DNA from: Patescibacteria group bacterium
Lineage (GTDB): Bacteria; Patescibacteriota; WWE3; JAMCXX01
Assembly: GCA_023474425.1 (NCBI GenBank)
Contig: JAMCXX010000004.1
Coordinates: forward strand, 148,729-212,728
Reading direction: 5' to 3'
Length of the DNA stretch: 64,000 nt
Both the position numbers and the translations under genes were made by a program. Position 1 is the first letter of the stretch. Each line of letters starts with the position of its first letter. Below the pieces are notes generated by a model. The model was not told where the DNA came from. It was given only the letters and a program-made list of their open reading frames with translations, and did not search any database. Below, piece by piece: positions 43,502 through 52,029 of the stretch.

Positions 43502-43810
43502 TTACTTTCGCCAAAGGTAGCGCTCAAGATCTACACGATACTCGGAGCTAAATTTAACACCGTCTTTCCAAAGCCTCCTCTTCTGCTCCAGGTAACCGCC
43601 TAAAGAATAATTTTTGGCCAAAGAACCATTGGCAAAGACGACTCGGTGACAGGGAATATTAACATCCTGATTACCAAAAACGGCCCAACCTACCTTGCGG
43701 GCGTCCCGAATACCAACCAATGATGCGATTTGACCGTATGTAGCCACTTTTCCTTTAGGAATTCTTTTGACTACATTTCTAATTCTTTCAAACAAACCAG
43801 AATTTTTCAT
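43502..43810 (-). CDS. MGMT-family protein (O6-alkylguanine-DNA alkyltransferase DNA-binding/active-site domain only)
   Basis: IPKGKVATYGQIA...IPCHRVV, with the PCHR active-site motif. 102 aa. Confidence 0.7.
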   Translation of the reverse strand: MKNSGLFERIRNVVKRIPKGKVATYGQIASLVGIRDARKVGWAVFGNQDVNIPCHRVVFANGSLAKNYSLGGYLEQKRRLWKDGVKFSSEYRVDLERYLWRK

Positions 43811-44079
43811 TGCCTCTTCCGGCGAACGACACGACGAGCTTTAGCCCCAGGCGAACTCTTTCTAAGATCTGCAATTTCCTCTCTAATCTGCTCAATCATA
43901 AGGCTGATTTTATCCACGTCGGCGTTCATTAGATCATAGGCGGGGTTATCGTGCCAGCCATCCCCGCCCAAATAAAAAATGTCGTTCGATTTTCTTAGAG
44001 TTTTGGAAAGCCTGTCTTTAAGGGCAGCCAGTTCCTTTTCCAGCTCCTCAATCTTTATTTCCCGGCTGATTTTGACCAT
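43807..44079 (-). CDS. Small coiled-coil protein resembling a stand-alone GreA N-terminal domain
   Basis: 90 aa. Helix, tip (GDGWHDNPAY versus the GreA GDLKENAEY), helix, then a basic tail. ATGA overlap with the MGMT gene. Confidence 0.35.
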   Translation of the reverse strand: MVKISREIKIEELEKELAALKDRLSKTLRKSNDIFYLGGDGWHDNPAYDLMNADVDKISLMIEQIREEIADLRKSSPGAKARRVVRRKRQ

Positions 44080-44102
44080 AATATATTCTAACTATCTAAG
44101 CT

Positions 44103-45551
44103 ATGAACGGCAAAGTTGCGCTTGTTACTACCTTCCTGATTTTTTTTACCCTCTTTCTAATTCCCTTACGCGACACCGATTTCGGCTGGCACTACCGCTG
44201 CGGAGAAATGATCGTTAAAACCCAAACTCTTTGTCACCTTAACAATTTTACAACTCTGCTCAAAGAGCATTCCTGGTACTCGCCGTCGCAGGGATACCAA
44301 ATTCTTATTTACTTTCTTTACAACCGCTTCGGTTTTGCCGGTATTACCGTATTTTATGCTGTCTCGGCCGCCTTCGTTTTAACTTTTTTTCTAAAGTCTT
44401 TGAGTGGAAACTGGCTCCAAAAAATTATCTTTTTTCTAATATTACTTTGGCTTTCCTGGTCGGTCTGGCTTGTTGGATTTAGATCGCAAATTATTTCCTT
44501 CTATTTCTTTGCGATAGTTCTTGCGTTAATTGAGATCTCAAAAAGAAAACCAGAAGTATTATTGACCGTACCCGCCATTATGATTATTTGGGCCAACTCC
44601 CACCCGGGATTCTTCCTGGGTCCAATCCTAATGACTTTCTGGTCGGCTGATGTTTTTGTGAGATACAAAACTTCCGGAACGGAAAAAAAGAATAATTTTA
44701 TTTTCTCCTTACTTATAACGGCTCTATGTTTCCTGACCACTCTCGCTAACCCATACGGCATCAAAATTTACCTCGAAGTTCTAAGACATACCCAGGTACC
44801 GCTCAATACTCTAATCGCTGAATGGGTTGCCCCGCCGCCTTGGCTTTCCTTGACGGCCGTTTTTTTCTCTTTTTACACCGCGATCAGCCTAGCCAAAGAT
44901 TTAAACAAAAACGTTTTTAGAATTCTTCTGATCGTATTCGTTACCGTCCTTGCTGTGGAGGCCCGCCGCAACCTGCCGCTCTATTCCATGGGTTTAGCCT
45001 TCGCCTGGTTCAACGAAAACGGGACGCTGCGATTCAACCGATTTTTTAATCATCCGTTCATAAAACAGATCTGCCTAATTCTTATCCTCATTCTGATTGG
45101 GATTAACGCCAGACAAAACCTGCCTATATTTTTAAAGACGGGCGACCATTTTTATTGCCAAAACGCTCTGGTACGCCTGCCCTGTGAGGCCGCAAGTTTT
45201 ATGAAAAAACAAAACCCAGGCAACATTTTTAACGCCTATGAATGGGGTGGCTTTCTGGACTGGCAACTGACGCAATTTAAAATTTTTGTGGACGGACGCA
45301 TGCCCACCTGGGATACAAGGGGAGAAACTTCCCTGCCGGTAGACTGGCGCGGCAAAAGCCCCTACACCATTTATATTGAAACGCTGCAAACCCAACCCGG
45401 CTGGCAGGAAATACTTAAGGCGTACAATACGGAATATCTGGTTATCCAAACTGGAACTTTTATGGATTTGGAACTTAAAGAAAATTGGCAGCGCGACGGC
45501 TTTAAACAAATATACAACGACGGCATTGCCGCGGTTTATAAAAAGATTTAG
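44103..45551 (+). CDS. Polytopic membrane protein, possible GT-C-like glycosyltransferase
   Basis: 482 aa, about 10 TM helices and a C-terminal ~130-aa soluble domain. No family recognised. Confidence 0.4.
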   Translation: MNGKVALVTTFLIFFTLFLIPLRDTDFGWHYRCGEMIVKTQTLCHLNNFTTLLKEHSWYSPSQGYQILIYFLYNRFGFAGITVFYAVSAAFVLTFFLKSLSGNWLQKIIFFLILLWLSWSVWLVGFRSQIISFYFFAIVLALIEISKRKPEVLLTVPAIMIIWANSHPGFFLGPILMTFWSADVFVRYKTSGTEKKNNFIFSLLITALCFLTTLANPYGIKIYLEVLRHTQVPLNTLIAEWVAPPPWLSLTAVFFSFYTAISLAKDLNKNVFRILLIVFVTVLAVEARRNLPLYSMGLAFAWFNENGTLRFNRFFNHPFIKQICLILILILIGINARQNLPIFLKTGDHFYCQNALVRLPCEAASFMKKQNPGNIFNAYEWGGFLDWQLTQFKIFVDGRMPTWDTRGETSLPVDWRGKSPYTIYIETLQTQPGWQEILKAYNTEYLVIQTGTFMDLELKENWQRDGFKQIYNDGIAAVYKKI

Positions 45552-45898
45552 TTAAGGAATGTTTCGGAGAGTTTCTTAACCTGGGTGTCTTTTAAGAACC
45601 GATCAATGATTTTGGCGTAGCCGCCGCGGTTACGGTTTAACTTTTTGGACACACTGCTTATGGTGTTGGGGGAAACCTTGAGCGTATCGCAAATCTGACG
45701 AAAGCTTAAACCTTCGCATAAAAGTAGAGCGATCATAAACCGTTTGGCAATCATCACCTTTTCCACCGGCGAAAAAAGACTGCCGGTGAAAAACTCCATC
45801 TCCCGCACGTCTTTGAGTCCGGCCACAGACTTCCAAAAAAGGTAAAACATGCGGTTTTGATTCTTGGCAGTTAGTTTGCGCGAAGAAACCCTGGTCAT
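45548..45898 (-). CDS. TrpR-like YerC/YecD-family DNA-binding protein
   Basis: LKDVREMEFFTGSLFSPVEKVMIAKRFMIALLLCEGLSFRQICDTLKVSPNTISSVSKKL parallels YerC. Confidence 0.55.
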   Translation of the reverse strand: MTRVSSRKLTAKNQNRMFYLFWKSVAGLKDVREMEFFTGSLFSPVEKVMIAKRFMIALLLCEGLSFRQICDTLKVSPNTISSVSKKLNRNRGGYAKIIDRFLKDTQVKKLSETFLN

Positions 45899-45953
45899 AA
45901 GTTCACTCTAAGCACACTCTCCGATTATGTCAATTAATTGAACCGGTGACAAA

Positions 45954-46823
45954 TTACCATTGATAAACCCTGTGCAGAAGCCATTCCCAAAGAAATTCCG
46001 GCAACAGCTTTTTCAGAAGATTTAAAAAGCGGGCGTCTAGCCCTATTAAATAACGGGCTTTAGGATTTGGGGTTTGGGAAATTCTAAAAATTAAGTCAGC
46101 TACCTTTTGCGGGTCCCCGGCCTCACGCAGAAAAGTCGGAAGAAATCTCTTGTAAGTTTTCACCGGACCTACTCCGGATTGACCCAAAAGTTTGTGGTAG
46201 CTTGTATCATGGACTTCGTCGGGACGGGGTCCTCGACGGCCCCTGTCGAAACCGGTCCTAAACGAACCCGGCTCAACGAGAGTAACTTTAATGCCAAAGG
46301 GCTTAAGCTCAAACCTTAAGGCTTCGCTTAAGGCTTCCAAGGCCCGTTTTGAAGAGGCATAAACTCCGTAGAGAGGAAAAGTTATGAGGCCGGAAATGGA
46401 ACTAATGTTTATAATCGTCCCCAACTTCTGCTCACGCATTATTGGCGCAACGCTTTTGGTCATCCTTAAAACCCCAAAAACATTGGTTTCGTACTGACTT
46501 TTAACCTCGTCGATTGTAAAGTTCTCCACCGGACCAAAGTAACCAAAACCGGCGTTGTTCACCAGAACATCAATACGTCCGAATTTATTTACGGCCATAT
46601 TTACTCCTTCCTCAACACTCAAACTGCCGGTAACGTCAATGGGCAAAAGCTCCAAAGGAAGATTCTCCTTTTTCTTTATCTCCCAAAGCTCCTTGGCTCC
46701 GGTACTTTCCAAATCCCTGACCGACGCAAAAGTAAACCAGCCCCCGCGGGCGAATTTTAACGCTGTTAAATAACCGAAACCCGACGAACAACCGGTAATT
46801 AAAACTACCTTTTTACTTTCCAT
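45954..46823 (-). CDS. Classical short-chain dehydrogenase/reductase
   Basis: VVLITGCSSGFG, NNAG and YASSKRALEALSEAL (YxxxK). Confidence 0.8.
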   Translation of the reverse strand: MESKKVVLITGCSSGFGYLTALKFARGGWFTFASVRDLESTGAKELWEIKKKENLPLELLPIDVTGSLSVEEGVNMAVNKFGRIDVLVNNAGFGYFGPVENFTIDEVKSQYETNVFGVLRMTKSVAPIMREQKLGTIINISSISGLITFPLYGVYASSKRALEALSEALRFELKPFGIKVTLVEPGSFRTGFDRGRRGPRPDEVHDTSYHKLLGQSGVGPVKTYKRFLPTFLREAGDPQKVADLIFRISQTPNPKARYLIGLDARFLNLLKKLLPEFLWEWLLHRVYQW

Positions 46824-46837
46824 TTACATATTAATCT

Positions 46838-46931
46838 CGTCATTCTGAGCGCCGTCACGAACGCGAAGAATCCTTCGACAGGCTCAGGACAGATTCTAGA
46901 TCCTTCTCCGGCTAGCCGGATCAGGATGACG
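46838..46931. repeat. GTCAT-type palindromic intergenic repeat, copy A
   Basis: Termini cgtcattctgagc / gatcaggatgacg: 11 Watson-Crick pairs, 1 T:G and 1 mismatch out of 13. Internal palindrome ccggctagccgg. Confidence 0.75.
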
Positions 46932-46943
46932 AAGGACCAAGAC

Positions 46944-47360
46944 CTATTTAACGAGCTTCTCTTCTAACTTTGAGATTGCTCTTTTAATGCTTTCGTCACT
47001 AATAAGTTCTAAGGCTTCATCTGGTGTGGCCCAGAGGAACTGGCTATGCTCGTGCGGATCAATCTTAACTTCCCCGCCCCGGTACTTACACCAAAAGCTG
47101 ACACCCAAATGTTCCGCTTTTTCCGCTCCCCTAAGGAATCTGAAGGTGTAAATGGGTTCAACAACTTCCACCTCCAAGCCTGTTTCTTCCTTAGCCTCAC
47201 GTCTTGCGGCTTGTTCCAGAGTTTCTCCCTGTTCCACTCTTCCGCCCAAAGCCTCCCATTGCCCTGGGGCGTGGTCACGGTCATCGGCCCTTTTACAAAT
47301 TAACACCTTTCCACCGTCTACAATTAAAGCGTCGACAGCGACATTAAATAATCCCGGCAT
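46944..47360 (-). CDS. NUDIX hydrolase
   Basis: Nudix box GGRVEQGETLEQAARREAKEETGLEV. Confidence 0.85.
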   Translation of the reverse strand: MPGLFNVAVDALIVDGGKVLICKRADDRDHAPGQWEALGGRVEQGETLEQAARREAKEETGLEVEVVEPIYTFRFLRGAEKAEHLGVSFWCKYRGGEVKIDPHEHSQFLWATPDEALELISDESIKRAISKLEEKLVK

Positions 47361-47396
47361 AATATAAAATTTTACGTTACAAAAATAAACTCAATA

Positions 47397-48422
47397 TTAA
47401 AGCAATCCACCCTGCTTAAAACGTTCCGGATAGTGGGCATTTAGATGTTTATAGGCAGATTCTGTGGCCTGGCGGCCGCGGGGAGTGCGTTTAATAAAGC
47501 CTATTTGCATAAGGTAAGGCTCAATCACTTCTTCCACCGTACCAATGTCTTCGGAAATACTGGAAGCAATAGTTTCTATTCCCACCGGTCCCCCGCTGTG
47601 TTTATGAATGAGTGAAGAAAGATAGCGTCGGTCTGCTTCGTTAAGTCCCAAGGGATCCACCTCCAACACGGCCAGAGCCTTCTCGACTGTCTCAAGGTTA
47701 ACATTCCCGTCGCCCTTAACTTGGGCAAAGTCGCGAACCCTTTTTAAAAGTTTTAAGGCAATCCGGGCCGTGCCGCGGGCGCGTAGCGAAAGTTCTAAGG
47801 CAGAATCCCCGTCAATCTTAACTGCCAACTTCGCGGCGGCGGACTTAACCATTTTGGAAAGTTCCTCGGGAGAATAAAAAGTTAAATGATGCACAACACC
47901 AAATCGGTCGCGCAATGGGGCGGAGAGAAGGCCGATGCGGGTGGTTGCGCCGATCACCGTGAAACGCGGCAGATCCAAATTCAGTGTCCTGGCGGAAGGA
48001 CCCTTGCCAACCACAATATCCAGCTTGTAATCCTCCATAGCCGGGTAAAGAGTTTCCTCCACAACTTTTGGCAGGCGATGAATTTCATCAATGAATAAAA
48101 TGTCAAAAGGTTCCAAATTGGAAAGAATGGCCGCCAAATCCCCGGCCCTTTCAATGGCCGGGCCGGAGGTAGGGCGAATGCTGACTCCCATTTCGCCGGC
48201 AATAATGTGGGCCAGGGTGGTTTTACCAAGGCCCGGCGGGCCATATAAAAGAATGTGGTCAATGGATTCCTTGCGGGCGCGGGCAGCGGCGATGGCTGTT
48301 TTTAAAGACTCTTTAACTTTTTCCTGACCGGCAAAATCGGCCCAGGAATCCGCCCGCAGCGAAACATAGAGCTTTTCCTCTTCCGGAGATTCTTTTTCTA
48401 CGTCTTCTTTTTCCTTTTTCAT
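47397..48422 (-). CDS. ruvB: Holliday junction branch migration helicase RuvB
   Basis: [20 protein letters not shown] and the RuvB C-terminal winged helix. Start moved to the ATG at 48422 (MKKEKED...). Confidence 0.9.
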   Translation of the reverse strand: MKKEKEDVEKESPEEEKLYVSLRADSWADFAGQEKVKESLKTAIAAARARKESIDHILLYGPPGLGKTTLAHIIAGEMGVSIRPTSGPAIERAGDLAAILSNLEPFDILFIDEIHRLPKVVEETLYPAMEDYKLDIVVGKGPSARTLNLDLPRFTVIGATTRIGLLSAPLRDRFGVVHHLTFYSPEELSKMVKSAAAKLAVKIDGDSALELSLRARGTARIALKLLKRVRDFAQVKGDGNVNLETVEKALAVLEVDPLGLNEADRRYLSSLIHKHSGGPVGIETIASSISEDIGTVEEVIEPYLMQIGFIKRTPRGRQATESAYKHLNAHYPERFKQGGLL

Positions 48423-48437
48423 AATCAGCGCTCTAAC

Positions 48438-48529
48438 GTCATTCCGGACTTGATCCGGAATCCAGACTTCTGGATCCCGAAATCGTCGCCGAGCGAGATC
48501 CCGCTTTGCGGTGACAAGTTCGGGATGAC
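48438..48529. repeat. GTCAT-type palindromic repeat, copy C (ruvA-ruvB spacer)
   Basis: gtcattccggac / gttcgggatgac: 10 Watson-Crick pairs plus 2 T:G out of 12. Local hairpin attccgga-cttga-tccggaat. Confidence 0.75.
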
Positions 48530-48539
48530 AGAAAAACAA

Positions 48540-49121
48540 TCATCTTGAAAGAGATTTGAGCGCCAGTTTTATTTTCTGCTCGATGGTCAGTTCTGAATTC
48601 TTAGGCAGGGCTTTCACCGCTTCGCGGGCTTCATATTCTTTAAAGCCGAAACCCTTAAGAGCCTCCGTAATCTGTTTATTTTCCGATTCTTTCTCGGCCG
48701 ACAAATCAAGATCTCCTACGGCTCCAACTTTGTTTCTTAAATCAACGATGATTCTTTGTGCGCCTTTAGTACCCAGCCCTGGCGTCTGCGTAAAAAAGTC
48801 GGTGTCGCCTTTGGCAATGGCGGCCGTAACGTCGGCCACCGAACCCGAAGACATGACGGTAATCGCTGTCTTGGGGCCGATGCCGGAAACAGAAAGCAGA
48901 AGTTCAAAAAGCCCCAACTCGGACTTACTCTCAAATCCATAAAGGTCAAAGGCGTCTTCACGGATGTGGCTGTAAATGTGGAGCTTAACACTTTGGCCGA
49001 CGTTTATTTTTGACAAGGCCTCGGTCGTGGCTCCCACTTTGTAACCGACCCCGCCGGAGGTCACAATAATAAGATATTTTTCTTTTTTGTCTTCGACGGT
49101 TCCGGAAATTAGTGCAATCAT
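48540..49121 (-). CDS. ruvA: Holliday junction DNA-binding protein RuvA
   Basis: MIALISGTV..., GVGYKV, and HhH motifs (VSGIGPKTA, TPGLGTKGAQRI). Confidence 0.9.
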   Translation of the reverse strand: MIALISGTVEDKKEKYLIIVTSGGVGYKVGATTEALSKINVGQSVKLHIYSHIREDAFDLYGFESKSELGLFELLLSVSGIGPKTAITVMSSGSVADVTAAIAKGDTDFFTQTPGLGTKGAQRIIVDLRNKVGAVGDLDLSAEKESENKQITEALKGFGFKEYEAREAVKALPKNSELTIEQKIKLALKSLSR

Positions 49122-49132
49122 CTTTGTTTATT

Positions 49133-49211
49133 GTCATCCCGGACGGCGATCCGGGATCCATGTTTTTGGATTCCGGGTCAAGCCTGACTGCGCAGGCAGG
49201 CCCGGAATGAC
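49133..49211. repeat. GTCAT-type palindromic repeat, copy B (overlaps the ruvC 3' end)
   Basis: gtcatcccgg / ccggaatgac, 9 of 10 paired. Local hairpin atcccgga-cggcga-tccgggat. Inverted relative to copy C. Confidence 0.75.
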
Positions 49212-49702
49212 GTTAAGACACTACTTTTCATCAGTTTTCGACTGTAACAGTGGCAAAGGGCAATGGCCACGGCGTCGGCGGCGTCGTCGGGCTTGGGAAC
49301 GGACTTTAACTTAAAGGTCTTTTGAACCATCTTCCCTACCTGATTTTTCTCCGCCCGGCCGTAACCCGTTAAAGCTATTTTAACCTGCAGAGGGGTATAT
49401 TCAAAAATGGGAAGATTGTTTTTGGCTGCAGAAAGCTTTATAACTCCGCGTGACTCTCCCACCGCCAAAACCGTTTTGGCATTAGTGTTAAAAAAAACCA
49501 ATTCCACGGATATTTCGTCAACCCGCCACTTTTTAATAAGCTTATTCAGACGTTCATAAATCACCTTTAGACGTATTTCTGATTTCTTAGATTTGTCTGT
49601 AAGAATAACTCCAAAATCCAATAGTTCCTGTTTCCCCTTTTCGTTTTTGATAATGGAATACCCCGTGGTGGCCGTCCCCGGATCAACTCCAAGAATAATC
49701 AT
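49178..49702 (-). CDS. ruvC: Holliday junction resolvase RuvC
   Basis: MIILGVDPGTATTGY, FEYTPLQVK and DDAADAVAIALCH. The last ~12 codons and the stop lie inside repeat copy B. Confidence 0.9.
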   Translation of the reverse strand: MIILGVDPGTATTGYSIIKNEKGKQELLDFGVILTDKSKKSEIRLKVIYERLNKLIKKWRVDEISVELVFFNTNAKTVLAVGESRGVIKLSAAKNNLPIFEYTPLQVKIALTGYGRAEKNQVGKMVQKTFKLKSVPKPDDAADAVAIALCHCYSRKLMKSSVLTSFRACLRSQA

Positions 49703-49726
49703 TATTCATATGATACCATCATTTTT

Positions 49727-50515
49727 ATGGGACAAAGCATTGGCGTTTTTGACTCGGGGCTCGGCGGTCTTTCCGTCTATAGAGAAATCAAAAAATTGCT
49801 ACCCGGACAGCGGATCATTTATTTCGCCGATCACAAAAACGCCCCTTACGGAACCAGGAAAGAAAAGGAAATAAGGAATCTGACAATCCGGGCGATTGAA
49901 TTTCTGAAGCAAAAGAGTTGCAGCCCTGTAGTCATTGCCTGTAATACCGCCACCACCGGCGGCATAGATTTTTACCGCCGGAAGTTTCCAAATATCTCTT
50001 TTGTTGGGGTGGTTCCGCCCATAAAGCCGGCGGCTATAGGTAGTAAGAGTAAGAAGATTGTTATTCTTTCCACCACGGCTACTTCAAAAAGTAAATATCT
50101 AAAGAGGTTAATAAAATGGTTTGCCCGTGACTGTAAAGTCTGGAACTTTGGCTGTCCGGAATTGGTGGAGGCGGTTGAAAACGGAACTGTTGACAGGGAA
50201 AAAACAAAATCTATGCTAAGAAGATATTTGGACAAACCCTTAAAAGACGGAGCTGATTCTATTGTTTTTGGCTGCACCCACTTTCCGTTTTTATCAAAAG
50301 TTATTAAAGAGGTATCTGGAAGTGGAATTAAGATATTAGAACCGTCCAAACCTGTTGCCACCCAGGTACGAAGGATTTACCAAAACGATCAACGATCGTG
50401 GAGCAAAAATGTAAAAATCTTAGATAAGTTTTATACGTCTGGAAATTCACGTACAATATCACAAGTAGCCACAAAACTTTTAAAAAGGGGAATTAATTTC
50501 CAGAACGCTTATTGA
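49727..50515 (+). CDS. murI: Glutamate racemase
   Basis: IGVFDSGLGGLSV, ACNTAT and GCTHFP. Confidence 0.9.
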   Translation: MGQSIGVFDSGLGGLSVYREIKKLLPGQRIIYFADHKNAPYGTRKEKEIRNLTIRAIEFLKQKSCSPVVIACNTATTGGIDFYRRKFPNISFVGVVPPIKPAAIGSKSKKIVILSTTATSKSKYLKRLIKWFARDCKVWNFGCPELVEAVENGTVDREKTKSMLRRYLDKPLKDGADSIVFGCTHFPFLSKVIKEVSGSGIKILEPSKPVATQVRRIYQNDQRSWSKNVKILDKFYTSGNSRTISQVATKLLKRGINFQNAY

Positions 50516-51071
50516 ACTCTTCCGCCGAAAGAAAAATTGGTTGAGGAAGATTTTTGTAATTGGGATTTGGAACCGGAACAATTGTGTCTCCATCCTTAGT
50601 CAAATAGTAAGCCATGCCGTGCAAATCCTTTATGACTTCGTAGTCGGAAGGGCTGTGTCCCGCTTTCCAATTATCATAAGTAATAAAAGGTCGAGGACCG
50701 ATGTTTGACCAGGAATGGCCGTATTCCGGCTTAATGGTAATCTTTTCCCCTTGGGAAACTCTAACTAAAAGAGCTTCCGAGACTTCGTCGGGGACAAATT
50801 TTCCGTTTCTCGCAATTTTCTTTTGCAGAAGAAGTATACCCTGCCCGGAAACTTCCGCATAAATTTCGTCTATGTTGGTGCCGTGGTAATGACCAAAAGT
50901 CTTTGGCAATTCTTTGCCCAAAAACCCGGGGGTAATAATGGTCATGTTTTCCCAAGTTACATCAAGACTGGCTTTTCCAAAAACCCAGTAAACTGTTTCC
51001 GGTCCGTCAGTCTTCGGGTCCAAAAGAACGGGACGCAAATCATCAAGAGTCCGAGTCACATTCAGCCTCAT
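50493..51071 (-). CDS. Cupin-type glucose-6-phosphate isomerase-like protein
   Basis: TFGHYHGTNIDEIYAEVSGQG resembles the metal site (GHxH...E.Y) of archaeal cupin PGI. 192 aa. Confidence 0.45.
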   Translation of the reverse strand: MRLNVTRTLDDLRPVLLDPKTDGPETVYWVFGKASLDVTWENMTIITPGFLGKELPKTFGHYHGTNIDEIYAEVSGQGILLLQKKIARNGKFVPDEVSEALLVRVSQGEKITIKPEYGHSWSNIGPRPFITYDNWKAGHSPSDYEVIKDLHGMAYYLTKDGDTIVPVPNPNYKNLPQPIFLSAEEFNKRSGN

Positions 51072-51083
51072 AAAAATATTCTA

Positions 51084-51950
51084 CTACATTAGGGACAGTT
51101 TTACCGCCGCGGCAATCATCACTGCCGCCGCGGCAAACCTTGCCGCATAAACCTTTAAGGAATGGTTTTCCATAAGACTCGGAAAAATACGGGAAAGGAT
51201 AAAAGCCATCATCATAGAAAACGGCAGGGAAAGGATTACCGTCGTTAGAGAAATACTGCCGGCGTAAGCCCTGTTGGCACAAAGCGTTCCCACCAAACCA
51301 AAGACGGCAATAAGAATTATGGCCAAGTGGTTCTTAACAGTTACCCCTTTAAGTTCCGTTAAGAATTTGGGCAAAGAAGCAAGTAAAACTAATTGGCCGA
51401 TTAGAGGCATGAAAAGAGTCACCGTCCAGTAGCCATTTTGGGCTACTGAATATTTTATAAAAGCTCCCATGAGCGCAGAAAAGATTGTGGCCGCAAGAGC
51501 CGTAAAGATACCCCGATTAAGAAACGAGCGAAGATTAAACTTTTCCTCATAAGTTACAAGAACACCGGATAAGATTAGGAACCCAATAAGAATTAATTGC
51601 CCGGGACCCAAAGATTCTTTGAGCCAGAAAACTCCCAGCATCAGGCTAAAGAGAGTACGAAAGTTATAAAGCGGAGCAATAATGGTCACGTCAATTTGGT
51701 AAAGGGCCAAAATGTAGGCGAGACTGCTTAGGGCATAAAATAGTCCGGCAGTCAAAACGCTAAACCAATCGCGGGGCCAGGCAACCCCATTGCCCAGAGC
51801 TAAAGGCACGGTAAAGATAAGAATCCATAAAAGCCAAAAGAAATTAAAGAGGTATTGATTAGCAATCAGATGGCGGCCAACAATTTTGGTAACCACCGCC
51901 TCCAAGCCGTAAACGAACGAAGCCGTCCAGGCAAAAACAACAAAAGACAT
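51084..51950 (-). CDS. EamA/DMT-family transporter
   Basis: 288 aa, 10 TM helices in a two-fold repeat arrangement. Confidence 0.6.
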   Translation of the reverse strand: MSFVVFAWTASFVYGLEAVVTKIVGRHLIANQYLFNFFWLLWILIFTVPLALGNGVAWPRDWFSVLTAGLFYALSSLAYILALYQIDVTIIAPLYNFRTLFSLMLGVFWLKESLGPGQLILIGFLILSGVLVTYEEKFNLRSFLNRGIFTALAATIFSALMGAFIKYSVAQNGYWTVTLFMPLIGQLVLLASLPKFLTELKGVTVKNHLAIILIAVFGLVGTLCANRAYAGSISLTTVILSLPFSMMMAFILSRIFPSLMENHSLKVYAARFAAAAVMIAAAVKLSLM

Positions 51951-52029
51951 ATTTGAAATTTATTACCTACAATATAATAAACGAGACCAACCTAAAACAC
52001 TATTAACCTAATGTTATACTGTGGGAGCT

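Noticed and set aside
47397-48539. 39-aa N-terminal extension of RuvB in the ORF track ([39 protein letters not shown])
   Set aside because: It starts at a TTG abutting the ruvA stop and is encoded by the palindromic spacer repeat (copy C). RuvB homology begins after the ATG at 48422.
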